Assembly: GCF_006345805.1 (NCBI RefSeq)
Contig: NC_043011.1
Location: 49,798,464-49,862,463 of the forward strand
DNA: 64,000 bases
From: Octopus sinensis
Taxonomy: Eukaryota
Direction: 5' to 3'
The first letter of the stretch is position 1. Every line of letters starts with the position of its first letter. This document shows positions 39,732 to 54,028 of the stretch, in pieces. The notes under the pieces were generated by a model. It had not been told where the DNA came from, ran no database searches, and saw nothing but the letters and a program-made list of their open reading frames with translations. The position numbers were made by a program, and so were the translations under genes.

Positions 39732-40448
39732 CACCAGAAATTACCAAAAACATGTAATGAAAAGAAATATTACAAGTAACTGCAGAATATGTGGAGATGG
39801 ACAAGAAACAATAAATCATATTATCTCTAGCTGCCCAGTCGTGGCTATGAAGGAATATATTCACAGACATGACAAAGTTGGAACCTACATACATTGGAAG
39901 CTATGCCAACATTATGGAATAACAACAGAAAAAAGATGGTATAGGCACACACCAGAAAAGGTCACAGAAAACGAGAAAGCAACCATACTCTGGGATATGC
40001 CGATACACACAGATAGAGAAATTAAGGCCAACAGACCAGATATAGTTGTCAGAGATCATGAAGAAAAACATGCTTTCTAATTGATGTATCAATACCGGCA
40101 GATGACAACGTGTCTCTAAAAGAAATGGAGAAACTCTCAAAATACAAAGACCTGGAAATAGAGGTAACTAGAATGTGGAATCTGAAGACAGAAACAATTC
40201 CTATCATAGTAGGTGCATTAGGCATGATAAAAAAATATTCAGACAAATACATAACAAAAACACCAGGACTTACAAACACATATAACATACAGAAAATTGC
40301 ACTACTAGGCACTGCACACATCCTACGCAGAACACTTTCCATACAATAACCATCAGAGCATCACAACAAATCACAGCACATACCCAAGGCACACAGAGCT
40401 GCGCTCGGTAGTGAAGTGAAAGCACGCTATAAAAATAAAACTACTGAA
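39731..40448 (+). mobile_element. Second R4/Dong-clade LINE 3' end (CCHC finger plus RLE, one frameshift)
   Basis: CRICGDGQETINHIISSC, RHDKV, ANRPDIVV, EKLSKYKDL, LLGTAHILRRTL; (AAT)n on both sides. Confidence 0.9.
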
Positions 40449-40702
40449 TAATAATAATAATAATAATAATAATGATAATAATAATAATAATAATAATAAA
40501 TGCCCTGATGCAGTGGGGCCCACCTGCAGGGTCATGTGCTGTTTATCTTGATATGAGATACATATCTTGATATGTGTCGCGCACATATGGTCGTGATGCA
40601 TGTGCCTAGTGTACCCTTATCAGACAGGTAGTCATGATGTGTATACTGGGCTTCGTATATTTTACCCCAGTGTCACTTTGATGGCATGCACTGCTCTCTC
40701 TC

Positions 40703-40777
<75 letters not shown>

Positions 40778-40778
<1 letters not shown>

Positions 40779-40934
40779 TCATTCATGAATTTATATATTT
40801 ATTAATTTTTTTAAATACTTATTTTACCTGTTAATTTGCGTGTGTAATCTGGGAATGCATACAATGAGATTGTCTGCTCTAGGTGTATGGAAAACAGTCG
40901 GCGAGAAACGGAAAAAAATTTGAAGAAAGAAGGA
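40778..40934 (+). mobile_element. 3' UTR-only copy of the 39058 LINE family
   Basis: Matches 39530-39680; (AAT)n on both sides. Confidence 0.8.
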
Positions 40935-40989
<55 letters not shown>

Positions 40990-41003
40990 TAATAATAATA
41001 ATA

Positions 41004-41038
<35 letters not shown>

Positions 41039-41129
41039 ATTCAGTTCATGTTTGGCATACGAGAGACGAAAGTATTATAGTGGAATTGATAGACAATTAT
41101 TCACGAGAATATGCTACCGTAAATCGTGA

Positions 41130-41776
41130 AAGAATCGAAATCAGTAACTATAATAGTAACAATGAAGACTAAATAATAAGAAACAGGATTTTGGATCTAC
41201 TAAATGTAGAAGAGACAGAATTTGTGTTCGACTTTATGAAGGCTAACCAATGGAGACTAAATCAAGAAACAAGTGAAGTCAATAACGTATTGAAACATTG
41301 AAACAAAGAACAGCACACTAACATAAAAAGAAAACGCATCAAGGCTACAATTAGGATTGTGGCAGAAAGGATGGGATTCAGAACTATTGAGAACGGAAGA
41401 TCAACGGATAGAAGGGGGAAATAAGCAGCCTTGGTGGAAAAGGAGAATTTCAGAAGATATAAACTCTGTGAATAGTGTAGTGTCAATACTTGTCAGGAAA
41501 AGGAAATGAAAATTGAAGAATGATCGCAAATTTGAAAAAGTGAAGAAATATGTAATTCAAAAGTCTGAATGTTGCAATTGAAGAACTGAAGTAGTGCACA
41601 ATATCTGTACTAGGTTTCAACAACGCCTTCAGTCGAGCTTATCGACCGCAGGACTTATTCTTTGTAAGCCAAGTAATTATTCTATCGGTCCTTCTTGCCG
41701 AACCGCTACGTGACGGGGACGTAAACACACCAGCATTGGTTGTCAAGCAATGCTAGCGGGGAACACAGAGACACAA

Positions 41777-41854
<78 letters not shown>

Positions 41855-42505
41855 GACGGGCTTCTTTCAGTTTCCGTTTACCAAATCCACTCACAAGGCT
41901 TTGGTCAGCCCGAGGCTATAGTAGAAAACACTTGCCCAAGGTGCCACGCAGTGGGACTGAACCCGGAACCATGTGGCTGGTAAACAAGCTACTACTTACC
42001 ACACAGCCGCTCCTGCGCCTAAGGTTGAGAATCGACCAAAAAAGATTTTATCAAGAAATGTGAAAGATTAGTTCCTGATGTTGATGGAAGTCGACAGTTT
42101 TGGGGGAAGATATGGAGTAAGCACGGACGGCTCTGCAGCCTGAAGCAAGCAGATTTTATTCTCTGCAAAAGGCTACCCACTTCACAGAAAACAGTATCAG
42201 AAACCTGAGTAAATAGAAAAGCAAGTGCAAAGCAGCGGGACCTGGTGATCTGAAGGGATATGGGATTATAAAAGGGTCTGCGGGTGCCATAAATTGTTCG
42301 CATAGCAATTTAATGCATTGAGCGATGGAGAAGAGGAAATCCCGGGTTGGGTGACAAACGGAGGAGCAGTGTTAGGTCTTAAGAATGCATCAAAAGGAAA
42401 TACTGCCGACAATTATAGGCCAACCTTTTGTCTCCCATTAAAGTGGAAGTTACTGTCAGGTGGAATTGCAGGAGGACTGTACAAATTTCTTGATTAAATT
42501 GATAT
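41130..42505 (+). pseudogene. Decayed R4/Dong RT N-terminal region interrupted by SINE A
   Basis: IDQKRFYQEM, QFWGKIWS, KGNTADNYRPTFCLPLKWKLLSG. Confidence 0.7.
41625..42020 (-). mobile_element. SINE family A, 3'-clipped
   Basis: Match to other copies. Confidence 0.85.
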
Positions 42506-43704
42506 ATTACAGAGGCTGCCGCGCGGGGCTGTGTGTTTCTGTGTATATGTATGCAATTATCGCGTGTGCATTCTAGGTAATACATATACACATATAAATA
42601 AATCATTTCGAAACTTTTGTCGAGAACCCTATAAGGGTCAAAAGTTGATTACAGCCATTCATCATTTTTTCAACCTACAAAGCAAGAGGCAAATTTTCCA
42701 TATTTATGTCTCTACCATGTAGCTTCACATACATACATACATACATACATACATACATACATACATACATACATACATACATACATACATACGTACATAC
42801 ATACATGCATACATGCATACATACATATATGCATACATACATACATGCATACATACGTGCATACATAGATACGTACATACATACATATACGCATTCACAT
42901 CTATATTCATATTTATATACACACATAAATTTGTACATATACATCTATACATATACATATGTATATACATACATATACATTCATGCGCGCAAACAGACAC
43001 GCACACACATGCGTATATATATATGTGCGTGTGTGTGTGTTTATGTGTATTTGTGTGTGAGCGTATGTGTGTATGTCTCAGTATATTTACTGGAATATAT
43101 AATTGGTACATCCATTTGTCTTCAGAGATTTGTATCCAATCTATTTTCTGTCATTTTGTTTGCTTATTCATAATTTATGAAACTAAAAGCAATGATGCGT
43201 TGTCTAATGTAAGAAATATATAGAGTATCATGGCGTCGGATTCAAAATTTAGGCCGTAAAACTGGGCCAAATGATCACGAAATCCGGGCTCCATAAAACG
43301 CGATAATGGATGAAAATTGTCATGTTAAACTGAATAAAAAGAAATCTAGTACCAAACAAAAGATATAGTTTTACATGGCACTCTGCGAGAAAAAAAAAAT
43401 TCAAAATGAAGTTCTTTCTACGTTTGTCAGACATTACTAAAGGAAAAGTGCCTCTCCCCATAAGAGGAATATACGCTTATGGTTTTCTATAGTGTACACG
43501 AACTCGGACTGCGCAAATACTGGTCTCTCTGATGAAGATTGAACGACACTAGAAGTAATCATTCTGTCCTCTTACTGTGCTTGACGTAGTTGAAACCTGT
43601 TGTATAACAAGTTTTATTTGCGTTTCATAGGGAAACAAAATGTTGAATGTTTGCTGACATTTCACATTTCAAGTTGTGGATAAAATTATAAATGAAAGCG
43701 GTGT

Positions 43705-44100
43705 GTGTCTCTCTCTCTATCCGCTCAGTCGAAGTCGACTCTCGGTCACTCGTTGGATCAGTGTCCTCCAGTCAGTTCTATCCTGGGTCGCTTCCTTCAG
43801 ACTGGCCATGTCCATTCCGGTATCACACCTGATGGTATCAAGCCAGCGGGTTCTTGATCAGCCTCTTCTTCTCTTGCCACTGACCATTCCTAGCATGATG
43901 TCCTTCTCCTGGGATTCTCTCCGCATAATATGACCGAAATATGCCAATCTACGCTTGGTGATCCGAGCTTCTAGCGACATTTTCGGCCTTATCTGCTTAA
44001 GAACCTCTCCATTGGTGAGCCTTTCTGTCCATGGAATCCGCAAGAGTCTTCTCCAACACCAAGGCTCGAATGCATTAATTCTCTTCTGGTCAGCTTTCTT
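43705..44100 (-). mobile_element. RTE-clade LINE 3' end
   Basis: RINAFEPWCWRRLLRIPWT...LAYFGHIMRR...GKRRRG*SRTRWLD...AT-DR-DWR. Confidence 0.9.
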
Positions 44101-44293
44101 TATTAATTATTAAATATACTTGTGAATGCATAATGTTATACAAATTAGCGAAAGAGCACATTAACACAAACGGAGTATACAGTCTAGGTTATGACTATAT
44201 GAATGTACGTACACATACGCACATGTGTATACAAACACAGACATATATACATACTTGCACACATGCATACACATACTATCTTATATATATTTA

Positions 44294-44642
44294 TATTGGG
44301 TTGTCCGGAAAGTTCGTGTCGATTATTAAAGGAAAAAGATAAATAAATACTTGCCATTACATTTTTAATCAACCAAATATAAACCATTTTGTTGCACAAT
44401 GCGTCTCCATCCTTCCTTTAGCTTCAAAATCCCCACCTTCTCAGAATTGATGTGGTTTCATGACAAAGAATTCATCAAGGTATCTTTTTACGTCATCCAA
44501 GGCATTGGAATTTTTACCATTAAGACTATTCTACAGAGACCTGAATAAGTGGAAATCTGAAGGAGCAATATCTGGTGTATATGGAGGTTGGGGTAACACA
44601 TCCCAGCAGAGCTGCAGCAATTTTTGCCTGGTTCCCAAAGTG
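44294..44642 (-). mobile_element. Mariner transposase 3' fragment with right TIR
   Basis: WDVLPQPPYTPDIAPSDFHLFRSL (YSPDLAP-D motif); TIR tattgggttgtccggaaagttcg. Confidence 0.9.
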
Positions 44643-45044
44643 CCAGTTATCTCCCCTTAAGAGGAATATACGGTTATGGTTTTCTATAGTGTACAGGAAC
44701 TCGGACAGCGCAAAATTGGTCTCTCTGAAGATGATTGAACGACACTAGAAGTAATCATTCTGTTCTCTTACTGAGCTTGAGTTAGTTGAAACCTGTTGTA
44801 TAACAAACAAATATCGGTTCTTCACACAACCGATATTTGTTTGTTTATGTCCCTGTAACTTTACGGTTTACCAGTATTATGAAAATGACCACTGGTGTCA
44901 ATTTCTTCGACTAAAACCTTTTAGGCGGTGCCCAATCATGGCTGTAGTCAAAAGGCTGGAACGAGTAAAAGATAAGAGGTAGAAGAAAACAGATATGCAT
45001 ATATGTATACATACATACATACACACTCACACATATACATATAC

Positions 45045-45435
45045 ATAGAGGGTGCAATGGGTAAGTTGTCGTTATTTTATATTTTTAATTTCGGATACTT
45101 ATTAATCAGCTCTCATATATATATATATCTTAAAGCCTCCAATTCTGTGCCATACGAACAGCTCATGGCCAAACTCTATGCAGTGGGTACGAAATATGAT
45201 GGGCATTCTCGGTTGCGTAGTATCGATCGCAACAGTTGACCTACTTGCGCGTACAAATGCAAGTTCCCACGGCTTTATCGATCGCATTCTCACCTGGAAT
45301 CGGATTTTGTAATTTTTAAAGACTTATACACGCCCTGTTACCGTTAGTATCTATACATCAAATTTGAGCGCAATCGGATGGAGGATGCCCGAGATCCTAG
45401 AAGGCACACACACAGACAAATGGAACGGATTTTAT
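45045..45435. mobile_element. Probable Helentron/DINE-like non-autonomous element
   Basis: aaatttgagcgcaatcggatg...cacagaca...ttttatatata end. Confidence 0.35.
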
Positions 45436-45473
45436 ATATATATACATATAATATATAATATAATATGCATATA

Positions 45474-45512
<39 letters not shown>

Positions 45513-45547
45513 ATATGCATATGTATATATAGGCATATATGTAGATG

Positions 45548-45589
<42 letters not shown>

Positions 45590-45837
45590 TGTGTATTAAT
45601 GTGTATATGAAAAACACTCACGTATTCATATGTTCAGACATTTACAAATTGTTTTCGTTTTCTTCCTTTCTCCGTCCGTCTGTGTTTAGACGCCGTGAAT
45701 ATATAACACAATGCTGCAGAGAGTGTTTATAGAACCAACAAACGGAAGTTGCTCTTTCAATCAAATGGAACAGACAATAATATGTTTTTAGAGAATAATG
45801 TTTACTACTTGTCTCTAATTGAAACTATATGAGACAT

Positions 45838-45938
<101 letters not shown>

Positions 45939-46006
45939 ACCGCGTGTGTACCGTTGGCGATTTTTTTCCCTCTGTCTTCCATTCTCTGAATATTTCCTTC
46001 TCCTAT

Positions 46007-46041
46007 GTTTCCGACGAACAGCTCCGCTGGAAACGTTAAAC
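46007..46041 (+). ncRNA. Minimal HHR with variant core CCGACGA in a short element (~45936-46139) inside (TA)n
   Basis: gttt-CCGACGA-a-cagc-tcc-gctg-GAAA-cg-TT-aaac. Confidence 0.65.
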
Positions 46042-46134
46042 CCTCCTTCTTTCCTTCTTTCCTGAGCGTCCAATAATACTATGTTTGTTCCACGTCCTCG
46101 CGTTGTTTTTTTTTTTGTGCTTTCATGTTTGGAT

Positions 46135-46214
<80 letters not shown>

Positions 46215-46225
46215 GTGTATGTATG

Positions 46226-46289
<64 letters not shown>

Positions 46290-46337
46290 GTGTGTATGTA
46301 TGTATGTGTGTATATATATATATATATAATATATATA

Positions 46338-46373
<36 letters not shown>

Positions 46374-46605
46374 TTATGTTTTTTTTTTTCAGCTCAGAGC
46401 TGCGGCCATAGATGGATACATACATATATACGTCGAAGCACACACACACACCCGGTGCATATACAAGCACCGACACATATTTACACCCACACGCTCTGAC
46501 ATGTACACAGGCTAGCGCGCGAACGCACGCGCGCATACACACATACATATACGGACACATACACACACACATACACACGCACACGAACATACACAAACAC
46601 ACATT

Positions 46606-47735
46606 CAAGGGTTGGACAAAAGAATGGAAACACCTAGCATCATTACATCATAATTTTGAAATATCTATAAAACCGTAAAAAATCTTATTTAATTTTGTTT
46701 TTTGATTCATTATTAGTGTTGCTTATTATGTTTTGCTAAAATTGCTGTTTCTTTTCAGTTGTAATCAGAAAAAGGTAATTGAAATTCATTAAAATGACAG
46801 ATCTATCGGACTTTCAAAGAGGTCAAATTGTTGGTGCTCTATGGCAGGCGCTAGCGTAACAAAAATAGCCGAAATGTTTGGTGTATCAAGAAGTTCTGTC
46901 TCGAAAGTAATGACATCCTTTGAGAAAGAGGGACCGTCGAACTCCTACGCGAATTGTTAAAAAGCATCACAAAAGTACAGCTCCCAAAATTACTGCAGAG
47001 CTTAATGACCACCTCGAGTTTCCCGTGCGCTGTACAAAGCTGGATTTCACGGGAGGGCTGCAATCAGAAAACCACTACTTTCATAAACAGGCATTGCAAA
47101 GCATTTAGAGTGGAGTAAAAACCTATACAATTGGTCCCTAGGGCAGTGGAAGAATGTTATTTTCTCAGGCGAGTCATCCTTTATCTCATTTTCGACCACC
47201 GGCTAAGTATACGTGTGGAAACTGTCTTCTTCCAACTGTTAAGCATGGAGGAGGATCTGTGATGATATGAGGGGCTATATATTGGAAATCCGCCGGCCTG
47301 ATGGTTTCCTTTCATGGCAGAACTAATAGTCAAGACTATTTAAGCATTTTATCTCATCAAATTCATTCTATGGTTGCGGAACTGTTTCCGGAGGGAAACA
47401 CAATCTTTCAGGATGATAATGCACCAATTCACTCAGCTAAAGTTGTTACTGAATGGCACGAAGAACATTCTAGTGATGTTGAACATCTTATCTGGCCACC
47501 ACAGTCCCTAGATCTGAATATTATTGAACCTTTATTGTGCATTTTAGAAAAACAATTAATGAGTCAATATCATCATCACTACAAGAAGTGGAGACTATTT
47601 TAGCTGAAGAATTGACAAATACTCCTTTAACAATTCAGATTTTGTACGAGTCCATACCTCGTAGAATTCTAGGTGTAATTACTGCCAAAGGCGTTCCTAT
47701 CCCATGTTAGAATAAATTTGCTTAAAATTTTCAGA
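46606..47735 (+). mobile_element. Tc1-family transposon, decayed transposase
   Basis: TIR-like caagggttggacaaaagaatggaaacacc; MTDLSDFQRGQIVGA from 46794; FQDDNAPIH...WPPQSLDLNIIE (DD34E). Confidence 0.92.
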
Positions 47736-47812
47736 AAGGACAATTGAGTGTTGTTAAAATCAATTTTTGTCGACTCCACTATAATAAATTATGTCAAGAT
47801 GGTATACATACC

Positions 47813-48228
47813 AGGTGTGGCTGTGTGGTAAGTAGCTTGCTAACCAACCACGTGGTTCCGGGTTCAGTCCCACTGCGTGGCATCTTGGGCAAGTGTCTTC
47901 TGCTATAGCCTCGGGCCGACCAAAACCTTGTGAGTGGATTTGGTAGACGGAAACTGAAAGAAGCCCGTCGTATATATGTATATATATATATATGCGTGTG
48001 TGTGTTTGTGTGTCTGTGTTTGTCCCCCTTGCATTGCTTGACAACCGATGCTGGTTTGTTTACGTCCCCGTTACCTAGCGGTTCGGCAAAGGAGACTGAT
48101 AGAATAAGTACTGGGCAAAGGAGACTGATAGAATAAGTCCCGGGGTCGAGTTGCTCGATTAAAGGCGGTGCTCCAGCATGGCCGCAGTCAAATGACTGAA
48201 ACAAGTAAAAGAGTAAAAGAGTAAAAAA
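47813..48228 (+). mobile_element. SINE family A with a short internal duplication
   Basis: Match to other copies; ggcaaaggagactgatagaataagt occurs twice. Confidence 0.9.
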
Positions 48229-48312
48229 GATATATATATATATATATAATATATATATATAGAGAGAGAGAGAGAGAAGAGAGAGAGAGATAGAGAGAGA
48301 GAGAGATAGATG

Positions 48313-48380
<68 letters not shown>

Positions 48381-48384
48381 TAAA

Positions 48385-48810
48385 CCAACATGGAAGATCT
48401 CGGTCTTGTGATTGAGTTTTATGATTGAGAGTTCTAAAAATTACTGGACTGGAAGTCACTGCTTTGTACCAAGGAACTCGCGTTCTACGTCCATTGCAGG
48501 AACCCAATATATAACAGTTTTGTGTTTTAAAGACCCACAGATTTTCAAAACATATTCAAAGGGCCTCGGAGATGCATGGAGATCTAGAGATGAGGATGTG
48601 TTTAAAGAACTAAATTAGACAATTTTTTTATCTGATATACCAAATGAAGCAACATCAAAATAAGAAACGTAAAAAAGGTTCTGTCCAGTTCACGATTTCA
48701 CAGGAAACGATTCTGGATACAGACCAGGGAAGTAAGGGGGCCAAAGCATTGACGCTAATAGGGTTATCCAAGAAAGGCCGCAGCCCCTGGCTAAACCGAT
48801 AACGCTAAAA
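48385..48810 (+). pseudogene. Decayed CR1/L2-group LINE 3' end
   Basis: TGSHCFVPR, CFKDPQIF, DVFK/KLDNFLSDIPNE. Confidence 0.5.
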
Positions 48811-49444
48811 TAGAAAAAAATCTACCTTTAAGGTCCGAAAATATAACGAAAAGCAGTGCAGGCGATTAAATTAACGGGTACTTATTATTTAAGTGATTCT
48901 TCAAAGATGAAAGACAGTTTTCCCTGTTCGGATTCGACACCGAAACGGTAAATGTACGAATAAATAAATTAATAATTTAATAAATAAATAGATAATAGAA
49001 TTAAATTAAATTTGAAGCAAAATTCCACGGCATGTTTGTTTCCAACACAAAAATCGATAAAACAATAGAAATGGTGCTTTTTTAGATATTTCTATTTGAT
49101 GGTCTGTATTTGTTGTTTAGTTGTATAAATAGTTTAAAATAAGTTAGACTATGGCAATGATAACTAATGCACCGCTGGCACACTTCCTCATCAAGATTCG
49201 AACACAGTAAATTTGTTGTTGTTCTGTTGTTGTTGCTCTTCTTCTTCTTCTTCTTCTAATCCTCTGCTGACCTATTTCCTCTCTTGTTGGCCTACTTCAA
49301 TATGAGACTTGGCATCTTTTTCGTTCTGTAGCATAAGAATATTTCTTTCGCCCTCTCTTTTTCTTCCATTTTTTCTACTTTATAGATTATATTAAATGGT
49401 TTGTATTTATTTTACCCTTGCGGAAAGTCAGAAGTTGTTGTTGC

Positions 49445-49449
49445 TATTA

Positions 49450-49519
<70 letters not shown>

Positions 49520-49545
49520 CATCATCATTATTATTATTATTATAC

Positions 49546-49585
<40 letters not shown>

Positions 49586-49610
49586 CATCATCATTATTAT
49601 TATTATTATT
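49445..49610. repeat. (ATT)n microsatellite
   Basis: Direct reading. Confidence 0.9.
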
Positions 49611-50279
49611 CACCAGCTGTCTTGTTCATACGCTTAAGATTTTGCTCCAGCAATTTTTGTTTTCAAATTTAAGTACAGAAATATATTTATTTTCATTTTG
49701 AATATTAATTCAAGAAAAGAGTATTAAGCATTTTGAAGTGTTTACCACTTTGTAACAGAGTCATACGCCAAGTTTGTTCCAATTTAAATCATCCTCTTTT
49801 AACGTCTTACTCAATGGCAAAAAAAAATTGCTTCTGTTTTTTGGGGATACTTCCCTATGAAAGCTTACGTTGAACAAAGCATAAAGAGCAATCGAGCAAA
49901 ATGTAAAAAATATATGAAGGAATGTATAAACACATTGCAGAGAATTATACGGATTATAACATTTCCACAAAAGAAGACACCACCTGACACACACACAGAA
50001 AAAATACATTGCAGAATAGACATGTTTTGAAACTTCTAGAGCAAAAGTTTACATGAAAAAATATACATCAAACGAAAATAAAGTTGTGAAACATTGTCTT
50101 TAGAAAATATCTTTTCCAACAAAAAATGTGCTTAAATATGGAGAATTTTGGTGAAAGAAATAAAACTTAGAACAATTTGTGCAGAAGACAATTTCCAACA
50201 TAGCCTAAGTTTTCAGAAATTTGCACGAGAACTAAAACGGGTCATGCCCATGCCTTGTTAAAGCCATGGGGTTTATTCC

Positions 50280-51200
50280 ACACAGACAATTTTACAGACA
50301 GCCGTGACATAGACATGAAGTGAAATCTCCTTCATTTGAGGAGAGTGAGCATATGGTGACATTGATATTATCTTTAAACAGGTGACGGGTCTACAACAGC
50401 ACAGGCCCTTAATTATCCGAGACAGATCGCCGAAAGTGAATCGTTCAATATTTGTCAAGAAGAAATACGGGATCCACATCAGAGATATCGGAAAAGACGT
50501 CAAACGATTGCCAGTAATCATTCTGGTGGCACAGCAATGGAAAATGGTTACTATCAATGTAACTGTGGGTGACAAACGATGATCAAGAGCACACACATCC
50601 TTGTCATCCTACAAGCCACAAAACAACACCAGAATTATGTCCTGTAGAGGCTACTGGGAAAACTTTCAAACCTAGCAGGGAGGGTGGGTAGAAAGCAAAA
50701 GGTAGAAAGCAAAACTGTTACACATGTGGCTGTAAAACTCATGTGAGGGCCTACTACCCAGAATGCTTAACGAAAAAAAAGAGGACTAACAAAAATAAAT
50801 CGCCTATGATGATGATTCTAAAGCGGCACCTGAAAAACTTCTAGAACTGCCAAAATAATGCCTCTTCCTGGCCAAAACTCCTAAGCCCTTCTCCAAGGTA
50901 CAAGTGGCGGACAAAATTTGTCATCTGCAACAAAAATAGTGAAACAACCAATTAGGCCTTCCCAGCAGCACTATCCCAACCAATTATGAAAAATGGGGGT
51001 CTAAACTGATGCCTAATGGAGTCGATCAGCCCTTTTCAAAGACAGGGAAAAAACAAAGACCAAAAATGACACAGATAAAACAACTGAAAAGGGCCGTAAA
51101 AAGCAGCGATAATCGGTACAACTTTTGTGGAGAAGAATCTGGTTCTTTCCTGAAGAAATAAAATTCACGGTTTGTCGCAAAACGAACAAGAATTTAATAA
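50280..51200 (+). pseudogene. Decayed gag-like/LINE ORF1 with zinc knuckle
   Basis: GRKQNCYTCGCKTHVRAYYP at ~50700-50760 (C-X2-C-X4-H-X4-C with the last C changed to Y). Confidence 0.5.
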
Positions 51201-51204
51201 AACA

Positions 51205-51482
51205 TTGTGGAGGCACATGGCCAAGTGGTTAGAGCAGCGGACTCGCGGTCGAAGGATCACGGGTTTGAATCTCAGACCGGGCGATGTGTGTGTTTATGAG
51301 CGAGACACCTAAGCTCCGCGCGGCTCCGGCAGAAGGTAATGGCGAATTTCTGCTGACTCTATCGCCACAACTTTCTCTCACTCTTTCCTCCTGTATCTTG
51401 CAGCTCACCTGCGACGGAGCGGAGTCCCGTCCAGGTGGGGAATCTATACGCCAAGGAAACCGGGAAACCGGCCTTATGAGCC
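51205..51482 (+). mobile_element. SINE with family C-type head
   Basis: tgtggaggcacatggccaagtggttagagcagcggactcgcggtc matches 25425. Confidence 0.85.
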
Positions 51483-52339
51483 TCCTGGTAACACTGCCAA
51501 AGGCTTCTGAAACAGGCCAGTTACTTGATTCACGCCCAGTGTTTACTGAGAGTGTAGCCGCATTCAGGGGTCGCTAACCCTCTATAGAACGCTAAACATG
51601 ACCTTCCACTAACCGTATTACGAGACTGACAGCGGATATCCTACATGTCAGGTGACACACCTGCTCGCAATAAGGAGTCGCTAGTTAAGTCGTTTGGGTC
51701 CTTTCTTACCAGTTATCCTCGAATCACAAGGAACTCACCTCTTGTGCTACCTGTTCCTGTCGATATTTAAGAGCTGCAACAGTGAAAATAGGTAGAATAT
51801 AAACAATATTAATAATAATGAAGCCAAAATGAATGCAACGTTAGAAGCCGTGTTTATGATAGTTGTGGGTTGGCATATAAGGAATGGACAGTCACTGATT
51901 ATGACACGATGTTGACGGTAATAGACGAACTGGGTAAAGAAAATGCAGACGTGCAATAAAACACACGGGTTAAGTGGAAGTGGTGAAATGAGGCATATCA
52001 CAACCATTGATGGAGACCTAAGATTCCGACATGGTAAGATAAAAGATACAGAATTTCTAAGGCTAACCGAGCTTTGAGCAAAAATATAGTAATTAACTAA
52101 ATAAATGGATGGAAATAAAGTAGGTATTTAAAACATACACTCATATTATTTAAGACATTAATGTTGAAAGAACGTAGAGTTAGGAATGATAAAGTGAAAG
52201 AAATAGAAGAAAATAGATTATAGATAAACTAGTGTAGAGCCAAATATAGAGCGATTAAAATTTAATGATGAATAATGGCATGAAGGGAATAACTGCTTAA
52301 CAGTTATCTAGGTATTTACAGAAGTAGATATTTACAATT

Positions 52340-52592
52340 TGTGAAGGTGCGTGGCTTAGTGGTTAGGGTGTCAGCATCATGATCGTAAGATTGTGATTTC
52401 GATTCCTGAACCGGGCGACGCGTTGTGTTCTTGAGCAAAACACTTTATTTAACGTTGCTCCAGTCCAGTCAGCTGGCAAAAATGAGTCACGCTACAATGG
52501 ACTGGCATCCTATCGAGCTGGGGATCTCATACTCCATAGAAACCGGGAAACTGGGCCCATGAGACTGGCTAGGCTTTAAAAGGGCGCATTTA
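52340..52592 (+). mobile_element. tRNA-derived SINE, related to family C
   Basis: tggcttagtggttaggg A box, atttcgattcc B box, gaaaccgggaaac tail shared with 51205. Confidence 0.8.
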
Positions 52593-53219
52593 ATTTTTTT
52601 TTATATTTTCTTATTATAAGTTACTGTATTGGACACACACACACACCCACACACATGTTTATATAAATCTCTCTTTCTTATAAATAAATATATTCAAATA
52701 TGAAATAGAAGCCTCTATCGTAATAAACGTTATCAACCACATACACGGAACGTATACACCACTTCTATTTGCCGGTAGGCTACGAGATAGCGCGGTGAAG
52801 AACACTCTCTCAAAGTCCCGGGTGTTAAAACACCTGTAGGATATGAACATATATATATATATATATATGCGTGCATGTATGTGTGTGTGTTTGTGTGCTT
52901 GTGTGTACATGTGTTTTTATGCGCATGCGCACACACTGAAGGACGGCAATATTTCCGTTTCCGGAGCATCAGTACAGCAACTGCGCAGCCAGGTAACTTC
53001 GTAGCTTAGATGAAATATTAGGAGTAAGATTACACAACATTCAGCTGTTAGACGTTTGAAAAATACCCCAACAAATATTTTAATAATGATAGCAACTTTT
53101 GATATGCAGCAGAAGAAATCGGAAAATTTCGTCGGTAGTTCTGTTACACGTGACTCTACGATACAGAACTGGCATTTATCCATTACGCATTTTGAAGTAT
53201 TTCGACAACAATGTCGATG

Positions 53220-53658
53220 CATGGTGACAATAACATATAAGTTCAGAACATATACTTTGGATAGATTTATTATCGATAAATACATTATTATTATTTTTTT
53301 AGTTAGAATTAGACGAATCACATACACTATTAACCAGTGTGCTATGTTTGGTGATTTTTCTCATATATTCTCAAATAATTTAATAGTTTCTGATATTGAT
53401 ATGACTTACCCCCTAGATTTACTTCGATAAACCCACAGTAAACGAGATTTCAAACCCTCCGAAAATATATTTATGCTGATTAAGTTTTAAGTTAAAAGAA
53501 TTTCCTGTTATCCCGATATAATCAATAGAAACCTAGTTATTAACTGTAAACGCTTTCACACAATAAATAATCTAAATCATCGATTTCAGAACACATAAAT
53601 TATTGAATGGGCAACATTTATTGCCAAAGAATACGAAATGTATTGTTTCTTACACACA

Positions 53659-53711
<53 letters not shown>

Positions 53712-53896
53712 ACACACAAACAGACACATACACAAATATATATATATATACATATATACATCCACACATGTATATGTGTATTTACATATGTATGCATGCA
53801 TGTAATACTTATATGTGTGTGTATACATACATATATATATATTTATGCATGGATGTATATATATATATATATCCATGCATAAATATATATATGTAT

Positions 53897-53936
<40 letters not shown>

Positions 53937-53993
53937 TATATACATATATGTATAAATACATATATATATATTTACATATGCATATATATATAT

Positions 53994-54028
<35 letters not shown>

